Sequence record: DRR378314_1514
Direction: 5' to 3' (one strand)
DNA length: 43,823 nucleotides
The notes under the pieces were generated by a model. The model did no database searches. It was not told the origin of the DNA and saw only the letters and a list, made by a program, of their open reading frames with translations. Positions 1 through 8,435 of the stretch are shown one piece after another (position 1 is the first letter of the stretch; every line of letters begins with the position of its first letter). Made by a program: the position numbers and the translations under genes.

Positions 1-1
1 A

Positions 2-160
2 CAAATGAAGGTGAATCCTGACCGCGTCGATCCATGGGCAATCGGCCTTCTTGAGCGCAAACCCGCTCGACTGGCGACTGTGGCAATGGCAAACAAGACA
101 GCTCGAATTGTCTGGGCGGTGCTGACCAGGAACGAATACTACCGGCCTCACACAGCCTAA
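2..160 (+). CDS. IS110-family (IS1111-type) transposase, C-terminal fragment running off the left edge
   Basis: Frame 2 reads QMKVNPDRVDPWAIGLLERKPARLATVAMANKTARIVWAVLTRNEYYRPHTA*. The 'A.VAMANK.ARI.WA' motif is typical of IS110 C-termini. Confidence 0.9.
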   Translation, partial: QMKVNPDRVDPWAIGLLERKPARLATVAMANKTARIVWAVLTRNEYYRPHTA

Positions 161-164
161 GAGA

Positions 165-375
165 AGCAAAAGGAACACCCGAGACAGCAAGACCCATGAA
201 ATGATGGCGCACAGTCAGCCCGCCAACCAAGACAACCCGTCGAATGTCCAGGACATAGCATTGTCCGATAAGCCGTTTGGGACTTGGTCGCGGAAACCAT
301 CAGGGCCAGCGGCTACGAGTGCCGCGCAAACAGGCCGGACACACGTCTGCTTCTGACCAGTGCAAAATTACTTCA
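165..375 (+). ncRNA. Putative bridge/seek RNA in the IS right non-coding end
   Basis: Nested stems: TGATGG(202-207)/CCATCA(297-302), ACCAAG(226-231)/CTTGGT(283-288), GGACA(251-255)/TGTCC(262-266), GCGGC/GCCGC (309-325). IS1111-type elements encode their guide RNA downstream of the transposase. Boundaries approximate. Confidence 0.6.
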
Positions 376-445
376 AATATGTCTTGCTATGCAGGAGCTA
401 TCCACACAAGACATTGGACTTTCTGGAAAACAGTGTCGTGGATGT

Positions 446-1957
446 TCAGATTGTTGAGATACCAGCCTTCTCGTTAACGATCTCGAGAATCCTGTTTCTT
501 TGAATTTTACCTGATGGCCCCTTAGGAAGATCAAGCAAGATGTGAACTTCATCGGGCGATTTGAAACGACCTAACTGGGCTTCGCAAATCTTGGACAGCT
601 CCATGGGTGTTAATTTCGAACCTTCGCGAATTTTAACCGCTGCCTCGACGGTTTCGCCGTAGCTGTGACAGGGGCGGGCAAATGCCGCGGCTTCAACAAC
701 GTCGGGGTGAGAGTAAAGCGCCTCGTCGATCTCTCGCGGGGCGATGTTTTCGCCTCCTTTGATGATCAATTCTTTCAGCCGACCGGTGACGTATACATAA
801 CCGTCTTCATCCATGCGGGCGAGATCTCCGGTGCGCAACCAGCCTTCAGCGGTAAATGTATCAGCCGTCGCTTCGGGGTTCTTGAGATACTCCAACATGA
901 CGTTTGGTCCGCGTATTACCAACTCACCTTCCGTTTCGCGCGGTACAGGCTGATAATGTGCGTCGAAGATTGCCGCCTCGTTGCCGAAAGCAATACCCGG
1001 GGATCCAATTTTGCGGATGCCCGGTGGCAATGGGTTGGACAATATTTGTGCTGCGGTCTCCGTAAGCCCCATGGTCTCAACGATCGGGATTTGGAACCGG
1101 TCTTCGAACGCGCGTTGCACGTCGGGTGCCAGCGCAGAAGATGCAGAACGACCGAAACGTACATGCTGGCGGGTTTGAGCATCCGGCTTGGTGTCAGAGT
1201 GCAGCAGGTGAGAAATAATGGTGGGCACGACTGAAAACCACGTCGCCTCAACTTTACTCAGATTGTTCCAGAATCGGCTGGCCGAAAACCGGTCGCACAT
1301 GGCCAATGACCCGCCTGACACAAGTGTTCCCATGACTGTCACGCACAGCCCGTTGATGTGGTAGATCGGCAAAACGCAAAACCCGCGATCAGCCTCGGAC
1401 AGCTTGTGCGCTATTGTAGTCGTCCAGCCTCCGGCCAACAGGCTGGAATGCGTGTGGACCACGCCCTTGGGGCGTCCGGTCGTGCCGGACGTATACATCA
1501 ACAGCGCATGATTATCGGAAGAGATGCTATGCAAATTGCCGTCGATGTTGGTGGCATCTGCCGCATGCAGCGGTGTTATCCTGGCAGGATCGGCTGTTCG
1601 TTCGAATAATTCCGTTTGTCCGGGGTGTACAAAGCTATAGCGTGCACCACTGTGTTCCAGCGCGTAGGCTACGGCGTTATCGCCCGCAACAAGGTTAATC
1701 ATCGTGGCCCGAAATCCTCCGTAGAGAACGCCAAAAAGGACCTCAAGCGCTTCACGGCAATTGGGGTAGAGGATAGCAACACTTTCGCCTTTTGCCACAC
1801 CCATATCCGTTAGCATGACCGCGATGCGGCAGGCTGTTTCGCGCAAGTCACTCCAGCGCAGGTCCGGTGTCCCGTCTGGGAAAACAAAGCCGGTTCCTCC
1901 CTGACTTGCCCTTTGGTTCAGCCAGTCGCGAACGGTCCCTTTGGGCGGTTCCATCAT
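446..1957 (-). CDS. sauT: AMP-binding acyl-CoA synthetase, likely sulfoacetate--CoA ligase
   Basis: YTSGTTGRPKG AMP-binding loop, GLTET, RTGDL and LPKGPSGKI motifs; start overlaps the sauS stop. Confidence 0.8.
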   Translation of the reverse strand: MMEPPKGTVRDWLNQRASQGGTGFVFPDGTPDLRWSDLRETACRIAVMLTDMGVAKGESVAILYPNCREALEVLFGVLYGGFRATMINLVAGDNAVAYALEHSGARYSFVHPGQTELFERTADPARITPLHAADATNIDGNLHSISSDNHALLMYTSGTTGRPKGVVHTHSSLLAGGWTTTIAHKLSEADRGFCVLPIYHINGLCVTVMGTLVSGGSLAMCDRFSASRFWNNLSKVEATWFSVVPTIISHLLHSDTKPDAQTRQHVRFGRSASSALAPDVQRAFEDRFQIPIVETMGLTETAAQILSNPLPPGIRKIGSPGIAFGNEAAIFDAHYQPVPRETEGELVIRGPNVMLEYLKNPEATADTFTAEGWLRTGDLARMDEDGYVYVTGRLKELIIKGGENIAPREIDEALYSHPDVVEAAAFARPCHSYGETVEAAVKIREGSKLTPMELSKICEAQLGRFKSPDEVHILLDLPKGPSGKIQRNRILEIVNEKAGISTI

Positions 1958-3375
1958 TGTCCAGCCTCCGACCAGTAGCTGCCGAATATCTCGTCGAGCA
2001 CAGGTTCGCGCGGCGATGTTTCACGCACGATTTTGGTGGTTTGGACGAAATGCCGCCAATGCAGGTTGGTGTCGATGGAATTTCCCCCCCAGCTGCCGCA
2101 GCCCATCGAGAGGGAAAAGGGCAACCCGTTGGTAAAGCTGCCACCAGTGGCAAAAGTATGTGCCTGATTTACGATGACCCGGCAGGTAGGCAGGTCACGA
2201 CCCAACCCAACCGCACGCGAGTCGTCTTCGGTATGTATTCCAACCGAATGCCCCGCCCCCTGATGCGCCAGAATACGGGTGGCGGTGGTCTTGGCGTCTT
2301 CGAAATCTGCAGCGCGATAGAGTGCTAAAACCCGGCTGAGTTTTTCCCCGGACAAAGGATGATCCGGCCCTATCCCGTCCGATTCCACGGCCAGAAACTT
2401 GGTCCCGCCGGGTACTTTACCCGCCATCCCCAAAGCTTCGAGCATCTTATCGGCATCCTGTGCAATGACCGAACGGTTGAGATGACCGTCGGGCCAGAGC
2501 CGCGCGATGATGTCACTTGCGCCGGAAGACGGCACCAATGCACCGCCCTCGGCAGCCATCGCTGCGACAAAGGCGTCATAGACTGCGTCCACCACAACCA
2601 CCGAATTTTCAGAGGAGCACGAAGTTGCGTTGTCAAAGCATTTTGAAGCAGCAATCTTGGCGGCTGCTGCTTGCAGATCAGCAGTCTCATCCACTACTAC
2701 CGTAACGTTGCCAGCACCAACCGCGACTGCTGGGGTGCCACAGGATTGCGCACGTTGGACGTTGTTTTGACTGCCGGTGCAGATCACCCGATCAACTGTT
2801 TCCATCAGTCGCTGTGTCTTGGCTTTTGAACCGGGGGCCGGGATCATCTGAACCAGATCGTGGTCCAACCCCAGTTTGTCGAATTCTGTGTGAATGAACC
2901 CAATCAGCATCTCGCAGGATGCCACGCCCTTGGGAGAGGGTGCCACTACGATGGCATTGCCGCCCTTTAGCGCATTGATGATGTTGTTTGCGGGCGTTGC
3001 GGCCGGGTTGGTTGATGGAACAACCGCCCCGATGACGCCGATAGGACGCGCGATTTCCGCAATGCCGGTTGATGGATCATCGCTGATGATGCCGTGGGTC
3101 TTCGCGTCGACGATATCGCGCAACAGGCCAAGGGTTTTGCGGTGGTTCTTGGTAATCTTGTCGGGCACATTGCCTAGGCCGGTGGTCTCAACCGCCGTCT
3201 CTGCCAGCGTCCGATTGCGCGTCGGTTCCATGATGGCCCATCCCGCTGCAAGTGCTGCTTTGTCATAAAGCGCCTGACTGCCACCAGCTTCAAAAGCCGC
3301 CTGAGCCTTGCGCGCACGTGCTACAATACGATCTAGTTCAGCAATTTCAGGGGAATCCCCATCCTGAGCGTTCAT
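1954..3375 (-). CDS. sauS: Acylating sulfoacetaldehyde dehydrogenase
   Basis: Acylating ALDH motifs (PSTNPAATP, FDNATSCSSENS, GEKLS, SMGCGSWGGN) and the SauS-like N-terminus 'WAIMEP.RNR.LAE.AV..TGLGNV.DKI.KNHRKTLGLLRD'. Confidence 0.88.
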   Translation of the reverse strand: MNAQDGDSPEIAELDRIVARARKAQAAFEAGGSQALYDKAALAAGWAIMEPTRNRTLAETAVETTGLGNVPDKITKNHRKTLGLLRDIVDAKTHGIISDDPSTGIAEIARPIGVIGAVVPSTNPAATPANNIINALKGGNAIVVAPSPKGVASCEMLIGFIHTEFDKLGLDHDLVQMIPAPGSKAKTQRLMETVDRVICTGSQNNVQRAQSCGTPAVAVGAGNVTVVVDETADLQAAAAKIAASKCFDNATSCSSENSVVVVDAVYDAFVAAMAAEGGALVPSSGASDIIARLWPDGHLNRSVIAQDADKMLEALGMAGKVPGGTKFLAVESDGIGPDHPLSGEKLSRVLALYRAADFEDAKTTATRILAHQGAGHSVGIHTEDDSRAVGLGRDLPTCRVIVNQAHTFATGGSFTNGLPFSLSMGCGSWGGNSIDTNLHWRHFVQTTKIVRETSPREPVLDEIFGSYWSEAGQ

Positions 3376-3397
3376 CTTGGTCCTCGATTGTTTGTTT

Positions 3398-3418
3398 GGG
3401 GCGGACTAGCGCCGCCCC
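3398..3418. other. Intergenic stem-loop after tctC (possible mRNA stabiliser)
   Basis: GGGGCGG-N7-CCGCCCC between the binding-protein gene and sauS; no U-tract on the coding strand. Confidence 0.45.
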
Positions 3419-3434
3419 GTAAAGAGCGACCGGA

Positions 3435-4394
3435 TCAGAGGCCGGCAAGCAAGTCGTTCAGAGTCTGCTGGCGTTGCGCCCACATCTCGATCACTTCGTC
3501 GCGTGTCATGATGTGCATGGGTGATCCACCTGCTTCCATCTTCTTGGAGACACGTGAATTTGCGAACATCTCAGGCACGGTGACGGCCAGTTTCTCGATC
3601 ACCTCGGGCGGTGTTCCCTTGGGGACCATCACTCCGCGGAAATTGACCGACGAGTTGTCCACTTCCAGCCCCTGTTCCATCATCGTTGGCACGTCCGGCA
3701 GAAACGCGCTGCGCTCAAGGTCTGCGACGCCAAGGATTTTGACGTTGCCCGCCTCCTGAGCGCGGAACGCATCAGACAAATTGTTGATGCCGCCCAAGAC
3801 TTCACCGGCGATCACCGCTTTCATGGCGGCCGCTCCGCCGCCTTTAGTCGGGATATAGGCCATCTTGGTTCCGGCAGCCTTGTCGATCTGCAGGGCTGCG
3901 ATGTGGTGGCCAACAAAAAGACCCGCGCCGGATACGGTCAGCTTGCCGGGGTTTTCCTTGGCATAGGCAACCACATCCTCCATCGAGTTAAATGCGCTGT
4001 CGGCACCGACCACAAAAACTGCCGGATCAGCGCCCCAATTGGCGATAGGCTCGAAACTGTCAGTAGAGTATTCCACACCACCCTTAATCGACTGGGCGAT
4101 GAAATGCGGAACGTTGTAGGCCGCCAGTGTGTAACCGTCCGGATCAGCCTGTGTGGCGAACCAGTTCCAGCCAACACGCCCACCCGCGCCGGGCTTGTTG
4201 ATGATGGCTATGGGCATTCCCAACGCATCTTCGTTCCCGGCGGTCATTGTGACGATCCGCGCCTGAAAGTCGGTCGCGCCACCCGCGCCATAGCTAACCA
4301 TCATCATAAGCGGCCGTTCTGGATATACCTCTGCCACTGCGGTGCCCGTCAGGCTCATAAGGGCTAGTGCTGCCCCGGCAATCATTCGTTTCAT
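3435..4394 (-). CDS. tctC: Tripartite tricarboxylate transporter substrate-binding protein (TctC/Bug)
   Basis: Start MKRMIAGAAL with GGAGG RBS; signal peptide; YPERP..SYGAGGATD, NKPGAGG and PDVPT motifs. The ORF-track start (4841) is over-extended. Confidence 0.92.
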   Translation of the reverse strand: MKRMIAGAALALMSLTGTAVAEVYPERPLMMMVSYGAGGATDFQARIVTMTAGNEDALGMPIAIINKPGAGGRVGWNWFATQADPDGYTLAAYNVPHFIAQSIKGGVEYSTDSFEPIANWGADPAVFVVGADSAFNSMEDVVAYAKENPGKLTVSGAGLFVGHHIAALQIDKAAGTKMAYIPTKGGGAAAMKAVIAGEVLGGINNLSDAFRAQEAGNVKILGVADLERSAFLPDVPTMMEQGLEVDNSSVNFRGVMVPKGTPPEVIEKLAVTVPEMFANSRVSKKMEAGGSPMHIMTRDEVIEMWAQRQQTLNDLLAGL

Positions 4395-4438
4395 TTGCGT
4401 TTCCTCCCAGATTAGGTTCAGCCACGTCATTCGCGTGG

Positions 4439-4894
4439 TCAGAACAGAATTTCCTTTGGTGTGTAGACGTTCAGCAGCATGGCAAAGAGCCCGTACATCA
4501 CGGCCAAAAAAGCCGCCGTGATGATCACACGTTTGATCCAGTTTTTGACTTCGGAATGCGGTGCGGGATCGTAGATCGACAGCAGGATAAAAAAGGCAAT
4601 CACCGTCGCGGTGTAGAAACCCAGCGACTTGGCCGCCCAAAAAACGTAGATCAAAGTGATGATCAGACCGGGCAGCATGTTTATGAACATCGTGCGTGTC
4701 ACGCCGTTTCCGACCTTGGACAACCCCATCACCGCTTTGCCGAATGTCCAACCGGCAAGAACCACAAACACCGTCGCGATCAGGCGCGGGAACAGGAACG
4801 CTTCGGCTGGTTGCTGGGTATAGCTGACCCAGGTCACCCACAGTCCCACCGCAAAAACCAGACCTGATCCGAAAACGTGTTGCGAGCGGTTCAT
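4439..4894 (-). CDS. tctB: TTT small membrane subunit
   Basis: 151 aa with about 4 TM helices and an FPR motif; lies between tctA and tctC. Confidence 0.88.
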   Translation of the reverse strand: MNRSQHVFGSGLVFAVGLWVTWVSYTQQPAEAFLFPRLIATVFVVLAGWTFGKAVMGLSKVGNGVTRTMFINMLPGLIITLIYVFWAAKSLGFYTATVIAFFILLSIYDPAPHSEVKNWIKRVIITAAFLAVMYGLFAMLLNVYTPKEILF

Positions 4895-6402
4895 GCCTGC
4901 GCCTCCTCTTTGGTGGTATAGCGACGGTGGCGCAATTCCATCCAGACTGAGTAGGCGATCGAGGCCAGCACCACTGCGATCAGCAGCAGGTTCAGTCCAC
5001 CGGTAAGGAAGTATGACGCCCTACCGACGGTGGCGTCAGCGATCATTCCACCCTGGATAAAATTCGCCTCGGCAATCGGCCCAAGGATCAGGCCCAGAAC
5101 CAGCGGCGCAGCGGAAAATCCAAAACGTTCCAGAAAGAACATGCCAATGCCGAGACATGCCATGACATAGACATCACCCATCGAACCCTGCACCGAATAG
5201 GCACCAAAGACTGACAAGGCCAGAACGATGGCGGCCATTACCGATTGAGGCACCTGTGCGACGCGTGCCGCAAGGCCAGCGACATATAGACCAAAGATAC
5301 ACATCAGCACCTGCCCGATCAGCATGGAATTGATGAAGGTCCAGGCGACATCGGGATGATTGTCGAATAGGTCCGAGCCAGGGAAAATCCCATGGATCAG
5401 CAAACCGCCCAGTAGAACGGCAGCTGTTGGGCTACCCGGGATTGAAAGCGTCAGCAGCGGCACCAACGATGGGCCGACCATCGCGTTATTGGCGGATTCC
5501 GCAGCGATCACGCCTTCGGAATGGCCCGTACCGAACTTTTCTTTTTCCGATGAAAACTTCTTGGTTTGATCATAGGCCACCAGCCCGGCGATCTGCCCAC
5601 CCACACCCGGGATCAGGCCAATGATCGAACCGGTCAGCGTACCAATGCTCAATGCCCGTGTTCGGCTGAACAGTTCTCGAAAGGCTGCAAGAATCGAATG
5701 GCGCTGAACTTCGATCACCTCGGCACCGTCCGTTTGGCGGCCTTTGGCAAACATTGTCAGCACCTGCGGGATCGCGAACAGACCGATCAGCGCGGCGATG
5801 ATGTTGATGCCGCCGCCCAAGGCGGGATGAAAGATGAACCGCTGTGCGCCCATGATGTCATCGAACCCGATTGTGGCCAGCCACAACCCGATACATCCCG
5901 ACAGCAGACCTTTGACGACCGAGGCGGAATCCAGCGTTCCGATTACAGTTACCCCAAGAATGGCCAACCAGAACAAATGCGAGGGGCCAAAGGCCAGCGC
6001 CCATTGTGCCAGAACCGGGGTCAGAAAGATCAGCAGCAGCACACCAAAGATGCCCCCAACCGCCGAGGCCAAAAAAGACAGTTGCAACGCACGGGCACCT
6101 TCTCCTTTTTTGGCCATGGTGTGACCGTCCAGCGTCGTGGCGATATTTGCTGGAGCGCCGGGGATCTTAAGCAGAATGGCACTGACTGCACCACCGGCCA
6201 CGGTCGAGGTGTATGCAGCGCCCAGTAGGATGAGCCCCTGAGCTGCCTCAAGCTGAAAGGTAAACGGTATGAGAAGCGCAACGGCCATCGTGGGCGACAG
6301 CCCCGGCGTCGCGCCCAGGATCAGCCCACCAATCGTGCCACCAAGTAGCAGCATAAACGACAGCGGCGTGAACACATCTCCGAAGTAATAAATGAATTCC
6401 AT
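4891..6402 (-). CDS. tctA: TTT large permease subunit
   Basis: GATPGLSPTMAVALL, IPGAPA..ATTLDG, ESANNA, LSIPGS and PLVLGLILG motifs. Confidence 0.95.
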   Translation of the reverse strand: MEFIYYFGDVFTPLSFMLLLGGTIGGLILGATPGLSPTMAVALLIPFTFQLEAAQGLILLGAAYTSTVAGGAVSAILLKIPGAPANIATTLDGHTMAKKGEGARALQLSFLASAVGGIFGVLLLIFLTPVLAQWALAFGPSHLFWLAILGVTVIGTLDSASVVKGLLSGCIGLWLATIGFDDIMGAQRFIFHPALGGGINIIAALIGLFAIPQVLTMFAKGRQTDGAEVIEVQRHSILAAFRELFSRTRALSIGTLTGSIIGLIPGVGGQIAGLVAYDQTKKFSSEKEKFGTGHSEGVIAAESANNAMVGPSLVPLLTLSIPGSPTAAVLLGGLLIHGIFPGSDLFDNHPDVAWTFINSMLIGQVLMCIFGLYVAGLAARVAQVPQSVMAAIVLALSVFGAYSVQGSMGDVYVMACLGIGMFFLERFGFSAAPLVLGLILGPIAEANFIQGGMIADATVGRASYFLTGGLNLLLIAVVLASIAYSVWMELRHRRYTTKEEAQA

Positions 6403-6442
6403 TCAGGGCCTCCCAACCCGTTGGTTCACACTTTTACTTTTG

Positions 6443-6490
6443 TTGACAAATCAGGGTAGGCGATGAAAATAGTATTGCAAATGTTTTCAT
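6443..6490. promoter_or_regulatory. Divergent promoter region with LacI-type operator
   Basis: TTGACA at 6443-6448; TGCAAATGTTTTCA at 6476-6489 resembles the LacI-family TGnAAnCGnTTnCA operator; ATGAAAA(6463)/TTTTCAT(6484) inverted repeat. Confidence 0.6.
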
Positions 6491-6515
6491 AAATTCGACC
6501 AAATGGGAGGATATT

Positions 6516-7547
6516 ATGGCTAATTTTCAAAAGGGTAAGGTAGATATAGTAGCGGTTGCAAAGGCCGCAAAAGTTTCACCATCCACAGTTTCGCGCACCT
6601 TCAATCACCCGGATTTGGTGAACCCTGCGACTCGGAAAAAGATAAACAGAGCCATTCAGAGACTAGGCTATATCCGAAACCGAGCGGCGCAAACGATGCA
6701 CGGCAAACGGTCGGGAACAATCGGTCTTGTGGTTCCCACAATCAACCACGCCATTTTTGCCGAAGTCATTCAGGCCTTTTCGGATTCGATCGATAAAGAC
6801 GGGTTCAGCCTGTTGTTGGCATCGCATGGGTATGATCTTGACAGGGAATACGCGATGGTTCGTAAACTGCTGGAACATCGTGTGGACGGCGTGGCGCTGG
6901 TTGGATTGGAACATTCAGAGGCCACTGCCCGTTTGATTGAACAGCAAAAAACACCGGCACTTGCGATTTGGAATTACGCAGAGGATTCCACCCTTCCTTG
7001 TGTTGGGGCAGACAACCGATTGGCTGGGCGCCTTGCGGCAGAGCATCTTCTGAACTTGGGGCATCGGAACATTGGGCTGATCTTTCCGAAAACCGATGGC
7101 AATGACCGCGCGCAGCATCGACTTTCGGCGGTACATGAAGCGCTGGCAAAAATGGACGTTTCCGTGCCAGATGAGCATGAATCGGAAGCCCCCTACAGTG
7201 TCTCTCAGGCTAAGCAGGCAGCAATAACTCTTTTGACAAAACGATCTCGCCCTACTGGATTGCTTTGCGGAAATGACGTTATCGCACAGGGCGCATTGTT
7301 TGCAGCCCAAAGCCTTGGATTGAAAGTTCCCGACAACCTGTCAATTATCGGCATCGGAGATTTCAAAGGGTCATCAGACATAGAACCCGGCCTCACGACC
7401 GTTCGTATTCCGGCAGAAGCAATTGGCAAACTAGCGGGTGAAAGGTTCACCGAATACATTACCTCAGACGAACCAGAACCCTTCAGAATTTGTTGTGAGC
7501 TGGAGTGCGTCGTTAGAGGAACAACAAGCCCGGCCTCGATTTCTTAG
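6516..7547 (+). CDS. LacI-family transcriptional regulator
   Basis: HTH IVAVAKAAKVSPSTVSR, LGYIRN.AA and LTTVRIP motifs; divergent from the transporter operon. Confidence 0.95.
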   Translation: MANFQKGKVDIVAVAKAAKVSPSTVSRTFNHPDLVNPATRKKINRAIQRLGYIRNRAAQTMHGKRSGTIGLVVPTINHAIFAEVIQAFSDSIDKDGFSLLLASHGYDLDREYAMVRKLLEHRVDGVALVGLEHSEATARLIEQQKTPALAIWNYAEDSTLPCVGADNRLAGRLAAEHLLNLGHRNIGLIFPKTDGNDRAQHRLSAVHEALAKMDVSVPDEHESEAPYSVSQAKQAAITLLTKRSRPTGLLCGNDVIAQGALFAAQSLGLKVPDNLSIIGIGDFKGSSDIEPGLTTVRIPAEAIGKLAGERFTEYITSDEPEPFRICCELECVVRGTTSPASIS

Positions 7548-7737
7548 GCAAATAAGACATGCCTTTTCTAGCGCACAATATGAAAACCTTCGACGTTTGT
7601 ATAAATGCATTGGCTAGTAACTTTGGCGTATTAGAGTAACTGGGCCTTAAGTGTATTGACTGCTCAGTTTTTTCACCAAAGCCAAGTCGTTTTGCACATG
7701 CAATGAAGGACTGCTTTTCGCTGCTGTAGCGGAGAGC

Positions 7738-7822
7738 ACAAAGCAGACCTTGGCTCGGCGATGCCGAACGTCTGCTTTGTCCGCAACTTTCGAGTTTGTG
7801 CGCGGCGCAGCGAAGGGCTGTT
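7738..7822. repeat. Degenerate palindromic repeat cluster at the edge of the sau cluster
   Basis: ACAAAGCAGAC(7738-7748)/GTCTGCTTTGT(7770-7780) is a perfect 11-bp stem; CGCAGCGAAGGGCTGTT(7806-7822) resembles the ends of the 26284-29891 cassette. Confidence 0.5.
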
Positions 7823-7949
7823 CTCGTTCGACGTGATGCAAAAACGACCCTTTTTGCGGCACTAGCGCTCATCAGCGCAACATACTGATTTTCAGTGCGC
7901 AAGACCGACGCAGAATCCCTGTGCAAAATGCTTTCCAAAAATCTGAATT

Positions 7950-7977
7950 TTTTGGTGTAAGGGAAACTATGTTAAAT
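7950..7977 (+). other. XerC/D dif-like recombination site
   Basis: TTTTGGTGTAA-gggaaa-CTATGTTAAAT: 11-6-11 layout; right arm 10/11 to the canonical XerD arm TTATGTTAAAT. Confidence 0.55.
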
Positions 7978-8043
7978 CTCTTTGACCGGTCGCTGCGCAT
8001 CTAGCATCAAAATTGGACGCTGTTTAAGCTTCGGAAAGTCTTC

Positions 8044-8226
8044 TCAAAGGCGAAGACGAGCGGCAGGCGAAAGTTCCACAACTCTTAACCCGCTGTCTGA
8101 CGCGACACTGACTTGTCCGTTGTTCCATGCATAAACGACCGCCATCGTTTTGCCCGTGTAGGCGTCCTGAACTTCAATGATCGGCTCGCCTTTTTTTGCT
8201 CGTTCGTTTTGTTGTTCTGTCGCCAT
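8044..8226 (-). CDS. Small hypothetical protein (60 aa, MATEQQNER...)
   Basis: ATG at 8226 preceded by GAGGA; divergent from the rcgA-like gene. Confidence 0.4.
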   Translation of the reverse strand: MATEQQNERAKKGEPIIEVQDAYTGKTMAVVYAWNNGQVSVASDSGLRVVELSPAARLRL

Positions 8227-8371
8227 CGTCAATCCTCGGTGTTCGTAGGCCCGATCCTTCAATCCCAGCACAACAAGATTGGTAGGGCTCTTTCTGTTGC
8301 ATGGTTGTTGCCCTTCATCCCAAAGCAAAGAGCGGATTCTGGCTCAACTTTGAGAAGAGTAAGGCGGCTCG

Positions 8372-8422
8372 TTGACAATCGCACGAACCGGAACGAAACA
8401 GGATGAAACGGAACGAACCATA
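8372..8422 (+). promoter_or_regulatory. TTGACA followed by four tandem 10-bp imperfect repeats (operator candidate)
   Basis: TTGACA 8372-8377, then ACGAACCGGA/ACGAAACAGG/ATGAAACGGA/ACGAACCATA at 8383-8422. Confidence 0.6.
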
Positions 8423-8435
8423 AGCGTGTAATCAA

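Larger units (their letters stand above)
1..409 (+). mobile_element. Right part of an IS1111-type IS110 element
   Basis: The transposase end is followed by a ~250 nt non-coding end, an outward -35-like TTGCTA (384-389) and a subterminal-IR-like GGAGCTATCCAC (394-405). The exact end is uncertain by a few bp. Confidence 0.75.

Noticed and set aside
4395-4841. N-terminal extension of the TctC ORF in the track
   Set aside because: Overlaps tctB in another frame; RBS and signal peptide place the start at 4394.
8383-8422. CRISPR array or replication iterons
   Set aside because: Repeats are only 10 bp with no spacers, and no cas or rep gene is present; no CRISPR array, tRNA or rRNA was seen anywhere in the window.
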